This document shows, in pieces, positions 1 through 13,905 of a stretch of 64,000 nt of DNA. The notes under the pieces are model-generated. The model saw only the letters and a list, made by a program, of their open reading frames with translations, made no database searches and had not been told where the DNA came from. The DNA lies in contig CM119264.1 of NCBI GenBank assembly GCA_051294375.1, forward strand, positions 9,807,907 through 9,871,906. The letters run 5' to 3'. The position numbers and the translations under genes are program-made. The stretch comes from Paraspadella gotoi. Lineage: Eukaryota > Animalia > Chaetognatha. Positions within the stretch are counted from its first letter, which is position 1. Each line of letters opens with the position of its first letter.

Positions 1-348
1 ATTGAATCAAAGAGAATTGGAGAAGAAAGAAAATATTGCAACAGTGAAAGTGATAAGTGATAAGTGGATATTATTGGTGGATGGCAATGTCTAGAGATAA
101 ATGGAAGTTTCAGATATCAAAGCAGATGGCATCTTTGGATGGTTCACCTTATCAGTCTGCCAGGAATCAACTTCAGTATTTTATGAATTATGCCGCATTG
201 AATTTCTAGCCATGTGACCGCTTTTGTAGGTGGATACGTGACTGCACAAGTATGATACATATGCACTTTAAAGGTCTTATGTTACCTTTTCTTAACATAC
301 TTGATGAAGTTTTAACGGAGTTATAAGCATTTAAAACAAAAGTGGAAC

Positions 349-407
349 TGACCGACCGACCAACTGCCTTTCGGACCGACCAACCGTCCGACCGACCGAC
401 CGACCGA
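349..407 (+). repeat. (ACCG)n-like tract, possibly part of a non-autonomous Helentron-type element
   Basis: accgaccgaccaac..ccgaccgaccgaccgaccg is seen directly; the element assignment is only an inference. Confidence 0.5.
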
Positions 408-3400
408 GTACCCGCGGCGTAACCCTCTTAAGCCACTCACATCGTGCAATATACTTTTATATAAGCCATTTCGAGAAATATGACCCCTTTAAAAGCTACT
501 AAAATAGTATTGATACATATTTAATTTGGCGAGTCGATTGTCGAATGACGAACTTCGGATCAACCAATCAACACTGGTAGACGGAGAAACAATGATATTC
601 GACTTCTTGCTGTCTCATATCTTGATATGCAGTTCATACATAAATTACATAAATTACTTTCCTTCATCTCTTGCCATACATTCCATATATACGTATAATA
701 ATTAATGTTACATTCCCTCAATCCCTCATTTTCCCAAAATCTTCTCTCGTTTAATTCTTTTCATTCCCCGAGAAATTAATACTCGAAGTCCATTTCCCTC
801 CACAATGAAACTACCTTTCGGAAAATAACTAGTAAATGTACTACCACCTTAATAAACAACTATTTCATCGAAGTTACTACCTTAGTATGGCATTAACGAC
901 CACCTAAACAGAGACCACTTCAACCACCAATCAAGTCCCACTTTGGAAACCACCCCGTTTCGAAAACGACCACCTCAACCAGTGGGCGTGGCTGAGCGGA
1001 TGAAGGAAAGAAAAGACAAGAAGCGGAGGGACGATTCCCCGACCTGATTACGTGCCTCGGGCGTCAAACTTGGAGCTGAGAACCAGGCCGGAAAAGAGGG
1101 AGAGAGGGAGTGGGGAGAGAGGGAGAGGGGAGAGAGAGAGGAGTGAAAAGAGTGGAGACCGGTGAGGGGAAGGGAGAAAAAGAAATTAAATAAGGGAGAG
1201 AAATAAAAAGAAGAAAAGAAAATAGAAAAATATGAGTGGGAACGGGGAAAGAGAGAAAAACATTGTAGAGAAACAAAGAAACTCTGAGAATCGGGAAAGA
1301 TGAAAGGAAGAGAGAAACTTGGATAGAAGGCGAGAGTTAGAAATAAGAAAAAAAAAGGAAGAATTGTGGTAGTACTAGGATAGTTAGTTTGGTTTTATAA
1401 AAATAAAAGAATAAAATATAAAATGTGGAAGGATAATTTTTCTGGACGAAATTGATTGGGAACGAGGGGAGTAAGGGATAACGCTTTGTGAAACGGATTG
1501 GGATGGAAAAGGAAAAAGAAAAAATAATGAAAAGTAAAGAATCAGAATTCGAACGGGGAATGCCGGGAGTGGAATGGGGATGAGAAATGAGATAAGAACG
1601 CAGGAAGGTAGATGATAATGGGAATTTAAAATGGAAAAGGAATAAGGAAACAAAAAGATTTTATGCGAATTAATGATGAGGAACAAACTATATAAATACC
1701 TTTGGGACAACCAATATAAAAATTAACCATTCATTAAATAAACAATCTATCCCGGACAGGCCATGGCGGACTCATGTATCGATGTATTGATTTCTTTTTG
1801 GTCCCTCCTCTTGAATGTTGAACTCTCTCTCCCTTTCTGACCATTTCCTTGTGACGCTTCTTCTTGTCACAACCACATTTTCGGTTATATCTTTCCAACT
1901 TTTCCAGTCAAGGCTGCGAACGGATCTTCGAAAGTCAAAGGGGAAAAGGAAAGAAGCTTCGTCGTGATCCTCAACAATATCCTCTTCATCCTTTTTTCAC
2001 CGACGGAAACGAAATCCGAGATCTCACGAGTCAATGTTATTCGAATCAAGACGCGATTCAATTCTTTCTGAGTAAGGAACTCTTCGCTATATTCGATATT
2101 TAATCAAACATTCATATTAATAAATCATTACTCGAAACAAATTTAAACCCGCGTACTAAGAGGAAAACTAATTATACCTTCGTTAAGAAAAAAAAAATAA
2201 GCCCAGTTTTTTTTTCCTTTCGTTTTGAAAGGGAAATGAAGTCCACAAGCCAAAAGTGCAGGTGAAAAATGTGAGATGAAAGTCAGAAACGACGACGACG
2301 ACGACGACGACGATGAAGTACGAGCGCAAAAGCCCCGGAACCACAAGAGAGGAATTTAGATGCGGAAGGAATTGCCAAGTAATCGCAGGATTCAGCTTCC
2401 AGAGGCGAAAGGTAGGAGGAACGTTGATGAGTGATGGGAAGGACGGTGACTGTCACGAAGACGACGACGACGATGATGACGACGATGACGGAGAATGTTG
2501 ATGAGTGATGAGCAGGAAGAGTAGGTTCCGAATGTCCGTCATCAAGTTGCTTGTGACGATGAGTGATCGAAAGAACGATCATGCTAATGATGATATTGAT
2601 GGTAACAATGGGAAAATGTTAATGAAGGCGATTATTGTCGCAGTAATCGAGATCGTAGAGAATAATTACGGGTTGGACATTTGACAAGACAGGGACCAGA
2701 AAAGAATGACGATGATGACAGTTTGACGACGACTTAGACGCTGACAACGATGACGACGACGATATCGACGATGACCGCGACGATGAAGATTCCGTTGGGA
2801 ACTTTGATGAGTGATGAACTGAACTGAGTTGACGATGGAAATGATTAATTTGAAAAAAAAAAAAGTCGAGATGCGAAGCCAAAGACGAAAGGACGCGACT
2901 TCGCAACGGTGAATGGAAGCATTGGTAATTGTGAACCAGGATTGTGAAACGAAGATTGCGAGCGAGAATTGTGAACAAAAATTGTAAACGAGGCTAAAAT
3001 AAAAAAAAAAAAGCGGAAACACTAGTCTAATGAACGTGATGGCAGATTGATTGATTGAAATGGAAAAACAGAAACCGAGATTAAAAGATGAATCAAAACT
3101 AAAGACCAACGGTCATCGCTGTATACACGTGCCTGAAGACCGAAACAGTCGCGTTCAAACATTTTTTTTTAACTAACCAGGGTTTGGCAAAAATACGGAA
3201 TGGATGGTTCCAAAAAAAAAAAGAAAAAGTTTCCGTTTCCCGTGATTTTGTCTAAAAAATTTACGACCACAGATGGAGTCATCATCCTTCTCTTTCCTCA
3301 TAATTTTTTCCGTGACGAATCACAGTTAATCACAGAATTACGTGAGAATCATCGAGCTTGAAAAAAGTCCCAAGAACAATCGATAATCTTCTGTCTGAAT

Positions 3401-5248
3401 GAAAAAGTTGAAACGTGGAGAAGAATAAATGCCGTTTTAGGTTAGTAACATAAATAATTAGCCTTTATGGAAAAATGAGGAAAAAAAAACAGAAAAACAG
3501 AGAGATAATTTAAAAGTACACCAAACCCAAGAGATTCGAGTGGACATCTGAAGCGAGAATATACCGACGGAAATTACTGAAATAGCGCGGCATAATTACG
3601 ATACACATTTTTTTGTATCGGGGGTAGAAAAAAAGTAGCGGAAACGGAAAGGGGAAAAAGAGGAAAAAAAGATGTCGGAAAGGGGAATCTGACGAGCGCG
3701 CTCAGAGAGGAGAAGAAAGCAGAGAGACGAGAGAGAACGAGAGGAGAGCGAGAGAAGAGAGACAGAAGAGACGAGACGAGAACGAAACAGAGAGAGAAGA
3801 AGAAGAGAAAGAGAAAGAGACGAACGAGCAGAAGGAGGAAGAAGAGAGAATTTTTCCCTAGGGATAAAATAGAGTGCAAAATCGAAAGGAAATACGGGGC
3901 AGAGAGAGAGCAGACGAGAGAGAGATGGAGAGAGCAAGAACGAGAAAAGAGAGAGAGAGAAAGACGAAGGAGCCAGAGGAACAAGAGCAGAGAGAGAAGA
4001 GGAGCAGAGGAGAGAGAGGTGGATTCCTAGCGAATGAGTAGAAATCGAAAGGATACGCGAGAAAATAAAACGATAAGAACAGAAAGCGATGATATACAAA
4101 AAGAAAAAAGTCTGATTGCGTAAAATCTCGTTTAGCGCATACTAAAAAAAAAAAAAAAAAAAAAAAAAGGGGAGAAACCATTCCGCTTGGAATTTTCGTT
4201 GGGCGCATCACGTTAGGGCATAGTCGTATTCGGCGACGGTTGTCGTCGTCAAATCCAGTACAGTGTCGTCAATCTCAACGTTTTCATCCGTCGTTAAAGA
4301 TCTTTTAATAAAAAGTTTGTAGTCCATCAGTCAAGAATCTTCGTTGTATCGTTATAAGAAATTTCGAATGTCTTTTTTTAGAAATAAGTAATGGAAGGCC
4401 GCTTCTTTTCTTTTGTGTTTGGAAAGGACCAACTTTTTTTGCCTAAATATCAATTTATATATCAGTAATCAAAAAACAATATTCTACTCTTAACTACTTC
4501 GTGACAAAACCCCCGTGACGAGAATCGTAGTCAGCGGTCGGTAGTCCATCGTCGTCGTCCGGTCGGTCGCCCCGTCGTGCGTACTTCGTGATCCGGTACG
4601 TATCTTCCCCACCGTCTTCTTCCTTCTTTTGTTTTCCCCGCCGCTGCGGAAAATCCCTAATCACAAAACCCGACGTAACAAGGGGTTAATAAATACCGCC
4701 TTTGGTTACCTGTCAATCAGGTTGAATCGTAGAGGGTCCCATCCTACTATACTACGGATCGTTCGAGGCTGTCGTACATGCGATGGGTTCGGGGCGTGAT
4801 CGTCGTCGGGTCGTGTCGTGCTTCCCTCTTTTTTCTCATTTTTATAATTAAATTACCATTTTTGTTTTCTCCTTCCCTTTCGGGAATGCCCTCCCCTCTT
4901 GCGACTGTCGAAGAGCTTCGAGCGCGAGGTCAGCATCTTATTAAGTCGACTACAGCGACTCTCTCCACTCGACTATCTCTCGTCTCGTCTCATCGTGCTC
5001 CTCTCTTCATCCTCGTGCGTCGTCGTCACTCCTCCTCTCTCGAGCTCTCTCTCTCTCTCTCTCGTCCCTCTCATCTCCCTCGCATGGAAGTCTGGATGGT
5101 TGTGACGTTCTTGTTTGCTTTTTTTCCGAGGGTTGAATTAAGTTGTTGACCTTGATCATCAAAGGAAAAATAAAGTTTGTGGTTATACGAACTAACTACT
5201 TGAATTGTCTAACGCTAAACGGTNNNNNNNNNNNNNNNNNNNNNNNNN

Positions 5249-5451
5249 TTTGAAGAGAATTACGAAATTAATATTTATTTACGTTATAATTTTTTTGTAC
5301 GTTAGAAAAAAGTAGAAGGAAAGGGAAAAGGAAAAAGTCGGAAAGGGGGAATCTGACGAGTTCAGAGAGAGAGAGAGAGAGAGAGAGAGGAATTCTAGGA
5401 TAGAGTGAAATCGAAAGGATACGGAGAGAGAGAGAGAGAGAAGAGGACGAG

Positions 5452-5488
<37 letters not shown>

Positions 5489-5501
5489 CTCTCTTCTTTT
5501 T
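5249..5501 (+). repeat. Apparently identical direct duplicate of 29970-30222
   Basis: Appears the same base for base, including GA-microsatellite lengths, and one copy abuts an N-gap. Confidence 0.9.
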
Positions 5502-6574
5502 TCAATTTCCACTCAATCTCTTTTACTTTTACAATTTCTCTCTTTTTTTCTTTTTCCTGTTTTTTCCTCAACTAATATATCGCTATATATAACTTTCTTT
5601 ACCTCTTTTATTTTCCTCTTATTTTCTTCAGTCTCCACTATTACCTTTTTAACGACTTTCCTCTCCTCTCCACCCAATTATTTCCTCTCCCTCTCTCACC
5701 CCTCCTCTAGTCACGAAGGTCGCGGGGGCAAATATTGAATTAAAACGGGAATAATCAACGACACTCAAAGCCTCGGAAAAAATGCTAATGACGACGACGA
5801 CGACGACGATGACGATGAAAAAAAGTTAAAATTCCTTAAAAAAAAAAAAAAAAGAGAATTCGATTTTGAATTAACTTGGGCAACAGAAATATGGTTAAAA
5901 CAAATGTGACAATTGTATTAAATTTGTACTATCCAATTTGAAGTAAATTTCTGTTATGAGATAGGTAGAGAAAATAAATTAGAGGAATATTTGAAATAAT
6001 AAAAGAGATAAGTAAAATTAAAAATATTAAAAGATTTAAAGTTATTTTATTTCAAATAATAGCAAGCCGTCAACGGCCGTCAACAGACGACAATAGTCAG
6101 AAAACGGAGCATAAAATACAGAAAGACATATATTTTCGGAAGTTTCAATGAAACCGAAATATACATATTATGTATAAAGATGAGTAATTTTTTTAAATCT
6201 AGACACGTCGTAAACAACTCCAATAATATATAGAGGAGAGGCGGTGACGCGAGCGGATATGAGACTTAAGACCAAAGGCTCCTCGCTCGGGGTGAGTACC
6301 GGGGTGAGGTTCGGGGTCAAGTTTTAATCGCTGACGATAAACAAACTTTTTTATTTACATTTCCCGCTAAATTTGGAATATATTTTTTTTAACGAGTAAA
6401 TTCATGTTTTCCTGTTTTTCTGTTGTCAATAGACATTATTTAAATTTTTTTTTTATATTTTTAATGTTCATTTCTCTTTTATAATTTAAATTATTATTAT
6501 ATTCTACTATATTTACTAAATTTTTTTTAGAAATATTTTCATTGGTTCCAAAGATTTGCAAGCGACGTAGTAAA

Positions 6575-7270
6575 ATGAAATCAAACGTATTATTTTACCG
6601 TTTTATTTTCTTCTTCGTATTCCAAAGGTAAATATTTAAAAGTTTTAATATCGCTTACTGTTTGAATTCGCAGTTGTTTATCGAAGTCATAAATGCTGGT
6701 CATCGCGCGTTATAATAATCTTTCTTTTTATTTCTTTCACCTTAAGTTTGTCGACGATTCGAGGCGAAGTCTCATCGTCGACTTCTGAAACAAAAATCGT
6801 GAATGCGTCATCACAGGTCAGTTACAATAATGATTCCACAAACAAATATAAACAGAACATCGGCGATAATACCGTATCAAGTCTTGTTAATCGTTATCAT
6901 AAGCCAGCTTCGTTATCGCTGAAAAGTAACTAGTTAAAAATTTTATGATAAATATTTAAACGTCTCGTTTTGTACTTATGATGATAATTTTTTGCACTTT
7001 CAAGGAAAGGACTCTCTAGTATGACCCGAGCCACTAGTTACTTTCTGACATTTTTTGTCTCGTCACCTCTTGACCTCAAAACTGACGAACAATAAACTTT
7101 CTAGTCTCTCTTTGACTCTTTGATCTTTTCAAAGCGACGTTGGTTGACAAAAAAGCCAAGTTGTTTTTTTCTTCTCGTCCCTTTCAAAAAAAAAAAAAAG
7201 CTGAGGATAACATATTTTTTCCTTCACTAAGCAAAGAAACGAGCACGGGTCTCTCTGCTCTCTCTCTCTC

Positions 7271-7305
<35 letters not shown>

Positions 7306-7319
7306 TCCTCCTCCTCTCT

Positions 7320-7351
<32 letters not shown>

Positions 7352-7882
7352 ATTCTGGCAGACTCCCAAGCGGCGACGGTAAACAAGCAATTTCGCGCCT
7401 AAAAACCGTCGGCGCCACCGATGAAGAATGTTTAGGGGCGTTTGGTGTCCACAGGCCAAGAAACTCATTTTTTCAATGATTCAGTGACTCTGCAACTGCC
7501 GAATGCTTTGATGATGGGGGGTTCAATACAAACTTTTTATGCAGACTTCCGCGATCGTCCAGCCGTCCATGGACTGCAGCCAATTTCGCCACTCCCCCTG
7601 TCACCCGGAACACTCATTTTGTGTTCTAGCCAAAGAGGGCGCGGAAGGAGACGACGCCACCACCATGGCCATTGTCAACCACGGGCGTCTCTACTACTGC
7701 GTCTGCGATTACGGATGGGAGACGCGTTACCCTGGCAACCCCGTGGAAGCCATGCCGACCGAGGGACAACGGTTTTGTAATAACCCGCAGAATATGTGTC
7801 TGATCCGAGATAAGAAGGGTTCGCCGCCATGCAAGTAAGAAAAAAAAACATTAAAAAGAGAGAATTAGAGAAGGAAGCAAAA

Positions 7883-7918
<36 letters not shown>

Positions 7919-10422
7919 AAAGAAAGAAAGAAAGAAAAGAAAGAAAGAAAGAAAAAGAAAGAAAAAAAGACATGAAGGAAGAACGAATGAAAAGAAAGAC
8001 AAAGAAAAACACAAGAAAAACAAATGAAAAAAAGAAAAGAAAGAAAGAAGAAAGAAAAAGAAAGAAAGAAATAGAAAGAAAGAAAGAAAGAAAGAAAGAA
8101 AAATGAAATGATAAAAAGGAGACCCTGCCATCTCAGTCGCCGGCCCCTGATCCTCCCTTCCTCTTCCTCTTCCATCTCCACCCAGAAACCAAGGCACCTG
8201 CCTCAACGTGGCCCCGGGCCTGATGACGTGCGCGTGCACGCGATTTTGGACGGGATTCGACTGCGCAGACGACGTGGACGAGTGCGTCGCTTGCGCGTGG
8301 GACGCCGACCTCTGCCCGTGCCTCCACGGCGGCGTTTGTGTCAACGAACGAAAGTCGGAGACCGCGCCTTTGGGGTTTACGTGCCGGTATGGTTTTAGAG
8401 CGGGGAGAATGTTTGTTTTATTTTATTTAAATTTGTTGGCTTAGAGTTATTTACTGTTTTTGAAAAGAAAAAAAAAACATTTCATGATATTTATGAATGT
8501 TTCTTGTTTAATACATTAATCTAAAGGAAAAGTAGTGACTACTTTAATCAATCCTTTTCTTTTACCGTATATCAATAAACATTTAATTCACTTCCTTTCC
8601 AATAATGAAAAAAGAAAAGATTTCAAATTTCATCTCCGTCGAAAACAAAATCCCCTAAAATCCCTCACGCCCGCCCTTTCCGCCCTTGACCCCAATTTTC
8701 GTTTGACCTACAAGATTTCGTCTCTGGATTTTCCCGCTTTTTCTGCCATAAGTGAAATGCGATGAGACTGTGCGTTATAAACCGAGCATTAAATTTTTAC
8801 TTTCTCGATATTGTCTCCATTCCCCCCTCCACTTTCTCCTCAAGCTGCCCCCCTGGCACGCGCGGGATCACGTGCGAGATCGTGGTGGACGGCTGCGCGC
8901 GTAATCCTTGTCTCTATGGTGATGATTTCGGAGGCTCGCGACCAGACGGTTGCGTGCGATGGACCACTACATCCCTGCTCGATCCTATCTCTCTGAGAGG
9001 GTGAGTTAGGGAGAGGATTAACTAAGGTCATTGAGATGTCAGTGAGCGTTGTCAGTTTCAATTCTCAAAAAATTTACACAAAACTGATTATTTTTCGTCG
9101 CTTATTTATAAATTTACAAACTAGGTTTTATTTCCTTATATACAAGGTACATCTGCACTTGCGAGGATGGATGGAGTGGACAGAATTGCGACATGCGAAT
9201 TCTTAAGGAAGGAGGTAAAGAATATGATTAATTTTTATTACTTTTAATTAATTTCACAAATATCTCCCTCAAAGAGTCCTGCAAGGAATCCGTCCACTGC
9301 AGCGACCACGGCGCCTGCGAAACGGATGCCCTCTTTCCACCCAACGTCTTCAAATGCTCCTGCAGCCGCGGATTCACGAACGACCTGGATGTCATTGTGA
9401 CGGAGAATCGATTCTGCAGCAAAGAGAATGATCCTTGCGAAGGGGACTTACGGCAAGTCTGTTCCCCGAACGCGATAGGCTGCAGGAAGTATGGTTAGTT
9501 TTTGGATGGAGTCAAGTCATCATCAAGTAGTCATCACGTTTGAGTGAAAAATACTTAATACAAAAAAGCATTTTATATTCACAGGGATGAACAAAATTTG
9601 CGACTGTGACCCCCTCTTCACGGGTCCCAGGTGCGAAGAGGCCAAAGATCGCTGTGCGCCCGACGGGATTCCTCACTGTAAAAATAATGGCACTTGCGCT
9701 GTAGCCAATGGGGATCCGGTTTGCAACTGCGAAGACACTGGATTTAAAGGTTAAAAATCTGTCCAACTTTTTTAACCGGAAGCTCGATTCGGTTCATTTT
9801 GGAACACCTAATCTTATGTATAAATTATACATAAATTATACTATCATAAACAGGTGAATTATGCGACGTCAACGTGAACGAATGCGCTTTCAACTACGGA
9901 ATAGGACCCTGCGACTTCAAAGGGACACTGCGCTGCCGAGATCGAGTCCCCCTACTGGCCGATCCACGAAAGTACGAATGCGAATGTCGGCGTGGATTCG
10001 TGGCAACAAAGGAGGCGCCGCACTGCACTAAACTGGAGGTTGACTCGGAGAAAGTCTTTCCGTGGAATATCAAAACTAATCGACCAATCAATCAATCGAT
10101 GAATTATTCAATCATTCATCCTTTCATATAATGAATTCATGGATCATCAGTCAATAAACCAATCAATAAATGAGAATTGGAATCTTTTCCTTCAAGTTCG
10201 ACTGCGCCAGCGATCCCTGCCTGATGGGCGCCGCATGCTACAACGGCGTCAGCCTCGACGACCCTTACGTCTGCGACTGCAACAAAATCTCGCCTCCTCT
10301 CTTCACCGGACGAAACTGTTCAGAGTCGGTCAAGTCTTTCGTCGACGCCGCCTTCAACGTCGATCGAGACGGGGAGTTCTTCGCCACAGTGGGGCTGAGG
10401 AGAGACGCATTTTGGGTCGAAG
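6575..10422 (+). CDS. 5' half of a large secreted EGF-repeat/LamG/F-type-lectin mosaic protein gene (signal peptide plus about 9 EGF-like domains), copy 1
   Basis: AG/GT-bounded exons with compatible phases at ~7545-7834, 8186-8386, 8845-9000, 9147-9214, 9275-9493, 9585-9749, 9854-10038 and 10197-10422. They translate to EGF motifs such as PCKNQGTCLN..CACTRFWTGFDC, DVDEC, CTCEDGWSGQNC, CKNNGTC, DVNVNEC and CASDPCLMGAAC..FTGRNC. The start at ATG 6575 (MKSNVLF.., signal-peptide-like) and the exons between 6575 and 7545 are less certain. Confidence 0.85.
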
Positions 10423-10542
10423 GTGAGGAGGGGTGAACGGGAGGGTGAGGGGAGGTTAGGGGGAGGTTAGGGATGAAGGTGAGTTAAGAATAGGAATAGG
10501 AAAAGAGGGACTTTGTGGGTTCGGTACACGATATATATATAT

Positions 10543-10700
10543 TAGAGTTCCCCAGCCTCAAAAAACCTCATACTAAGTTCTCACTCGGTTCGGTTTCCCA
10601 TTATTTCTTAACTTAAATTCATTTTAAAAGCCTGTTTGACCAAAAAATGTTTTTGCTAATAAACCCAATAGAGCGTCAAAGTGAATAAGTACTGATGCAA
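10543..10700. mobile_element. Probable other terminus (TIR) of the hAT-like element
   Basis: TAGAGTTCCCCAG..AAGTTCTCACTCGGTTCGGTTTCCC..AAACCCAAT after ATATATAT. It resembles 17069-17220 over ~150 bp and lies on the other side of the same intron. Confidence 0.55.
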
Positions 10701-10989
10701 AAAAAATATAGCGCAAAATGATAATAATTTTTAAACAAAAATGTTTAATATGCTATAACCTAAGGATTTTTCAACAATAACAACACACCCCCCCTCCACA
10801 GAGAGAGATGACCGCATTAAGAAGCGGTACAGAAACAATTGGAAAATAGGGACCTCATGAAGATTCGAGTCACCTTCTTAAGTCGCGAGTACAAGGAGGT
10901 TGCGCTATTATTCTGTTAGTGACGAGGAGTGACGCACAGGTCTCGATGCAGTGAGAATCAGTTAAGTTCCACCGAGAAAGCTGTGAGTG

Positions 10990-11470
10990 TGAGAGCTGGC
11001 AGAGCGATAAATTTGAAAGGCGAGTCACTCCCTTCACGGCCTGAACCCTACAAATTAGATATTTTGTGGCAAAAACTTACAATCGCATATCTTGGCGGCT
11101 TACACCACAATTGCTTCCATCAATAGTAGCCCTCGCCTGTACGAGGCATTACACCAATTAAGTGCCTAGCACTGGTTTTCCTTCAAGTTTTTAAAATCCT
11201 TTGTGGATTAATGAGAAATATCTAAAGGAAGCAAAAAGCTCAACAAAACCCACCATTGCTACTGAAGACCCAGCTTCCACTCGAGCCCCGTGCCCATTCT
11301 TCACGCCCGTGACCTAGAAGAGTTATGCGTAGGAGAATAACATTGAGTCACTCAAACTCAATACTCAACAGACTGGAAGAAGTGGGAGGCAGCCCTGCAG
11401 TCCATTAGCCAGCGCAGGGTCCCCAGAGCGGCCCTGGCCATGAAGAGCGCTCCACGAGAAGTTTGGACGC
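10990..11470 (+). mobile_element. Possible degenerate 3' end of a non-LTR retrotransposon ORF2
   Basis: Fragments ILWQKL..LHH and WEAAL.S recall C-terminal motifs of invertebrate LINE ORF2 proteins. Heavily decayed. Confidence 0.3.
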
Positions 11471-12451
11471 GGCGGTCGTTTGAGGCTCGCCATACATCGA
11501 ACGTTGAATGAATCATGGGTGCGTGATGCACGGAACGCGACAGCACGTCGACTTAATCCGTTAGCGTCAGGAAAGAAAACTAGAACGTTATTCTACGTCT
11601 CGCAAAAAAATACAAAAGAAAATAAAAAGTAAACAGCCTACCCGTAACTAAACACTCACGCTTCTAGTATCTCTTCATCTTCGCTATATCATCATTATAA
11701 TTCTAAAAACTTTGACTGCTGATCATACTGCCAACATCATCAACTGATCATCCACCAGATTATTTAGAGTATTAATTGTGATTTGTTGTCGCCTATTTAT
11801 TTTTTCTTTTGGTCAGTCGTCATGATAACATTCGTTTGAATACCACAAGATTTCTCCTTGTATTTGTTTACGTAAACGCCTCACTGTTTCATTTAACATC
11901 CACACCCCTTTTTTTTCTGCGCACCATCCTCCACCTGATTTCGTATTTGTATTTGCATCTATTCCCCGCCCCCTTCGATTTGAAATTGTCCGCCCCACCA
12001 CTCTCTTCTCTCTTCGTCGTCTCTCTCTCGGCGACAATGCACGTCTCAGCACGGTTAAGTACACACGCTGCACAGGCAAGCACCACCACGAAAGACGTCC
12101 TCACGCATTCAGGGCCTGATACGCCATCCTCGGCCAAAGAGAAGGCACAGAAAGAACCGATAGGTTCTCGCCATCAATGCATCGTTTCCCTCATCATTTC
12201 TCCTCATCCTCCTCCCTCCTCCCTGGAGATACCAGGCCTCGAGTCCAGGATGTTAGGTTTTTCATATCACGATCAAGCTATTTCCTCCATCTTTCTCTTC
12301 TCACCGGTCCACTCTCGGCGTTCAAGTGCTCTGTAAACCATTTTTTAACCGGCCAATATTAGCCGCTTACATTATATTTTCCTTTCCACCATTTTCCCTG
12401 GCACCGTTCTTTACTTACCTAGATTTCAAGTCAACTTACCGACCTTAGTTA

Positions 12452-13905
12452 TGAGGAAGCCTTTCGATATTAATCTCGTTTCCCACCTTTGGCAAAAGCG
12501 TTTTCATAGGTTCGTCATAGACAGGTGATTTGGTTGTTTTTGATAATTTTTACTTTCAAATTCTCTTTTTATAAGAGTCACTCATCTCATTATTCTGACC
12601 TTTGGAGTGTGCACTGACGTGAGGAGGGAATCGCAGCGCAGTTTTTGACCCGCAACGTCGATGGCAATCGGAGTCGGAGAGACATCCTCAAAAATAAAAT
12701 TTAAAATAAAAATGTATATATAATGAATGGGATAAATATAATCAAATACAATCTTTAAAGGATACCATAAACAGAGTCCGTTCTCCGAAGACTTTCGTCG
12801 TTTCCTGCGTTCAACATCCCGCCATAAAATCGCGACTCTAATTACAGTTCGCTTCCACTTCTGTTCCACTTCCGGCTTCATCCGTGACACAAACCGGATG
12901 ATCTTCATCCAAAAGGCCGAACCACTTTTCGGGAACCGATTGACATCTCGTTCTCCTCTTGGTGAGAAGCAAGAGAAGAAAATTAAGGAAATTGTACTAA
13001 TCCAGGCTTTCCCATAACATTTATGTAATTTGTGACATAACATTGTTCAATATAATGATTTCATTGTTTACTTATCCGAACATTTTAAGAATTAAACTTT
13101 CCTTTGCATTTTCTCGACTTTCGAATCGCACATCGATTTGGCAAATGAATCGGGAATGAAGGCGGAGCAATCGCTATCGGACGAACAACGAACGATTCCT
13201 GTTTGATTTTTGATATAATTTAATCTATTTAAGTCTAAAACAACGTCGTTTTAGTTTACAAATAATATATATATATATATATAGTATATTATATCTGTAT
13301 ATGTAGTAGAGATAAAAAATGGTAACTGACGTTCTCACATCACTTCCGAAGACTATTCGGGCGTTGAACATTCCGCGGAAGCGTCCGCCGTCTAAATTCT
13401 GCGATGAATAGGAAAAAATTGGGAGAGTATGCGTTATTATCGGAACGTTTATAATTAATTAAGCGAAACAAATCTCTCCCACTTGATGTGACCAGTGATG
13501 ACCAACCATCCCCACTTACCCGCAAAGTCAGGTCGGGACTAAACGAATGGCGTCTAAGTAAACGGTGACCTTCGAAACGACGCCGATGTTGTAACAGCAA
13601 AGCGAGAAAACGCCAGATGCCGATTTGTTCTGTTTAATTTGATAATTTTAATTGAAATAATTTAATAATATTTTTATAAATATATAATTTCAAAAGCTGC
13701 AGTTCAATCATAGACTATCATGATTAACTCGACTAAGCCTGAGGGAAACGATTTTCGGGCGCCAAAACTGATCCCGGCGCCGAGAGGATCGTCCGGTTGT
13801 GCTGGAGGCTTCAGTTTACACAGAGGGCGAAAGGTTTCGTTGTCGTAGAAGAGAAGAAAGATGTGACCGTTGAGTCGCTGAAAAGAACATGAGTAAATAT
13901 AAGAC
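12452..13905 (-). repeat. Inverted duplicate of 33665-35080 (LamG and Cys-rich exons of the mosaic gene)
   Basis: Reverse-complement match, e.g. tcaatcatagactatcatgattaactcgac at 13704 versus gtcgagttaatcatgatagtctatgattga near 33830, with many indels. Confidence 0.9.

Noticed and set aside
1750-2800. Possible exons (e.g. ~1907-2071 ending GTAAG) and Asp-rich GAC/GAT tracts
   Set aside because: Could not assemble a coherent reading frame or recognise a domain.
3570-4210. Leu/Ser/Phe-rich and Arg/Glu-rich ORFs here and at other GA/TTTC tracts
   Set aside because: Microsatellite translations; this stretch is also a noisy relative of 5330-5490.
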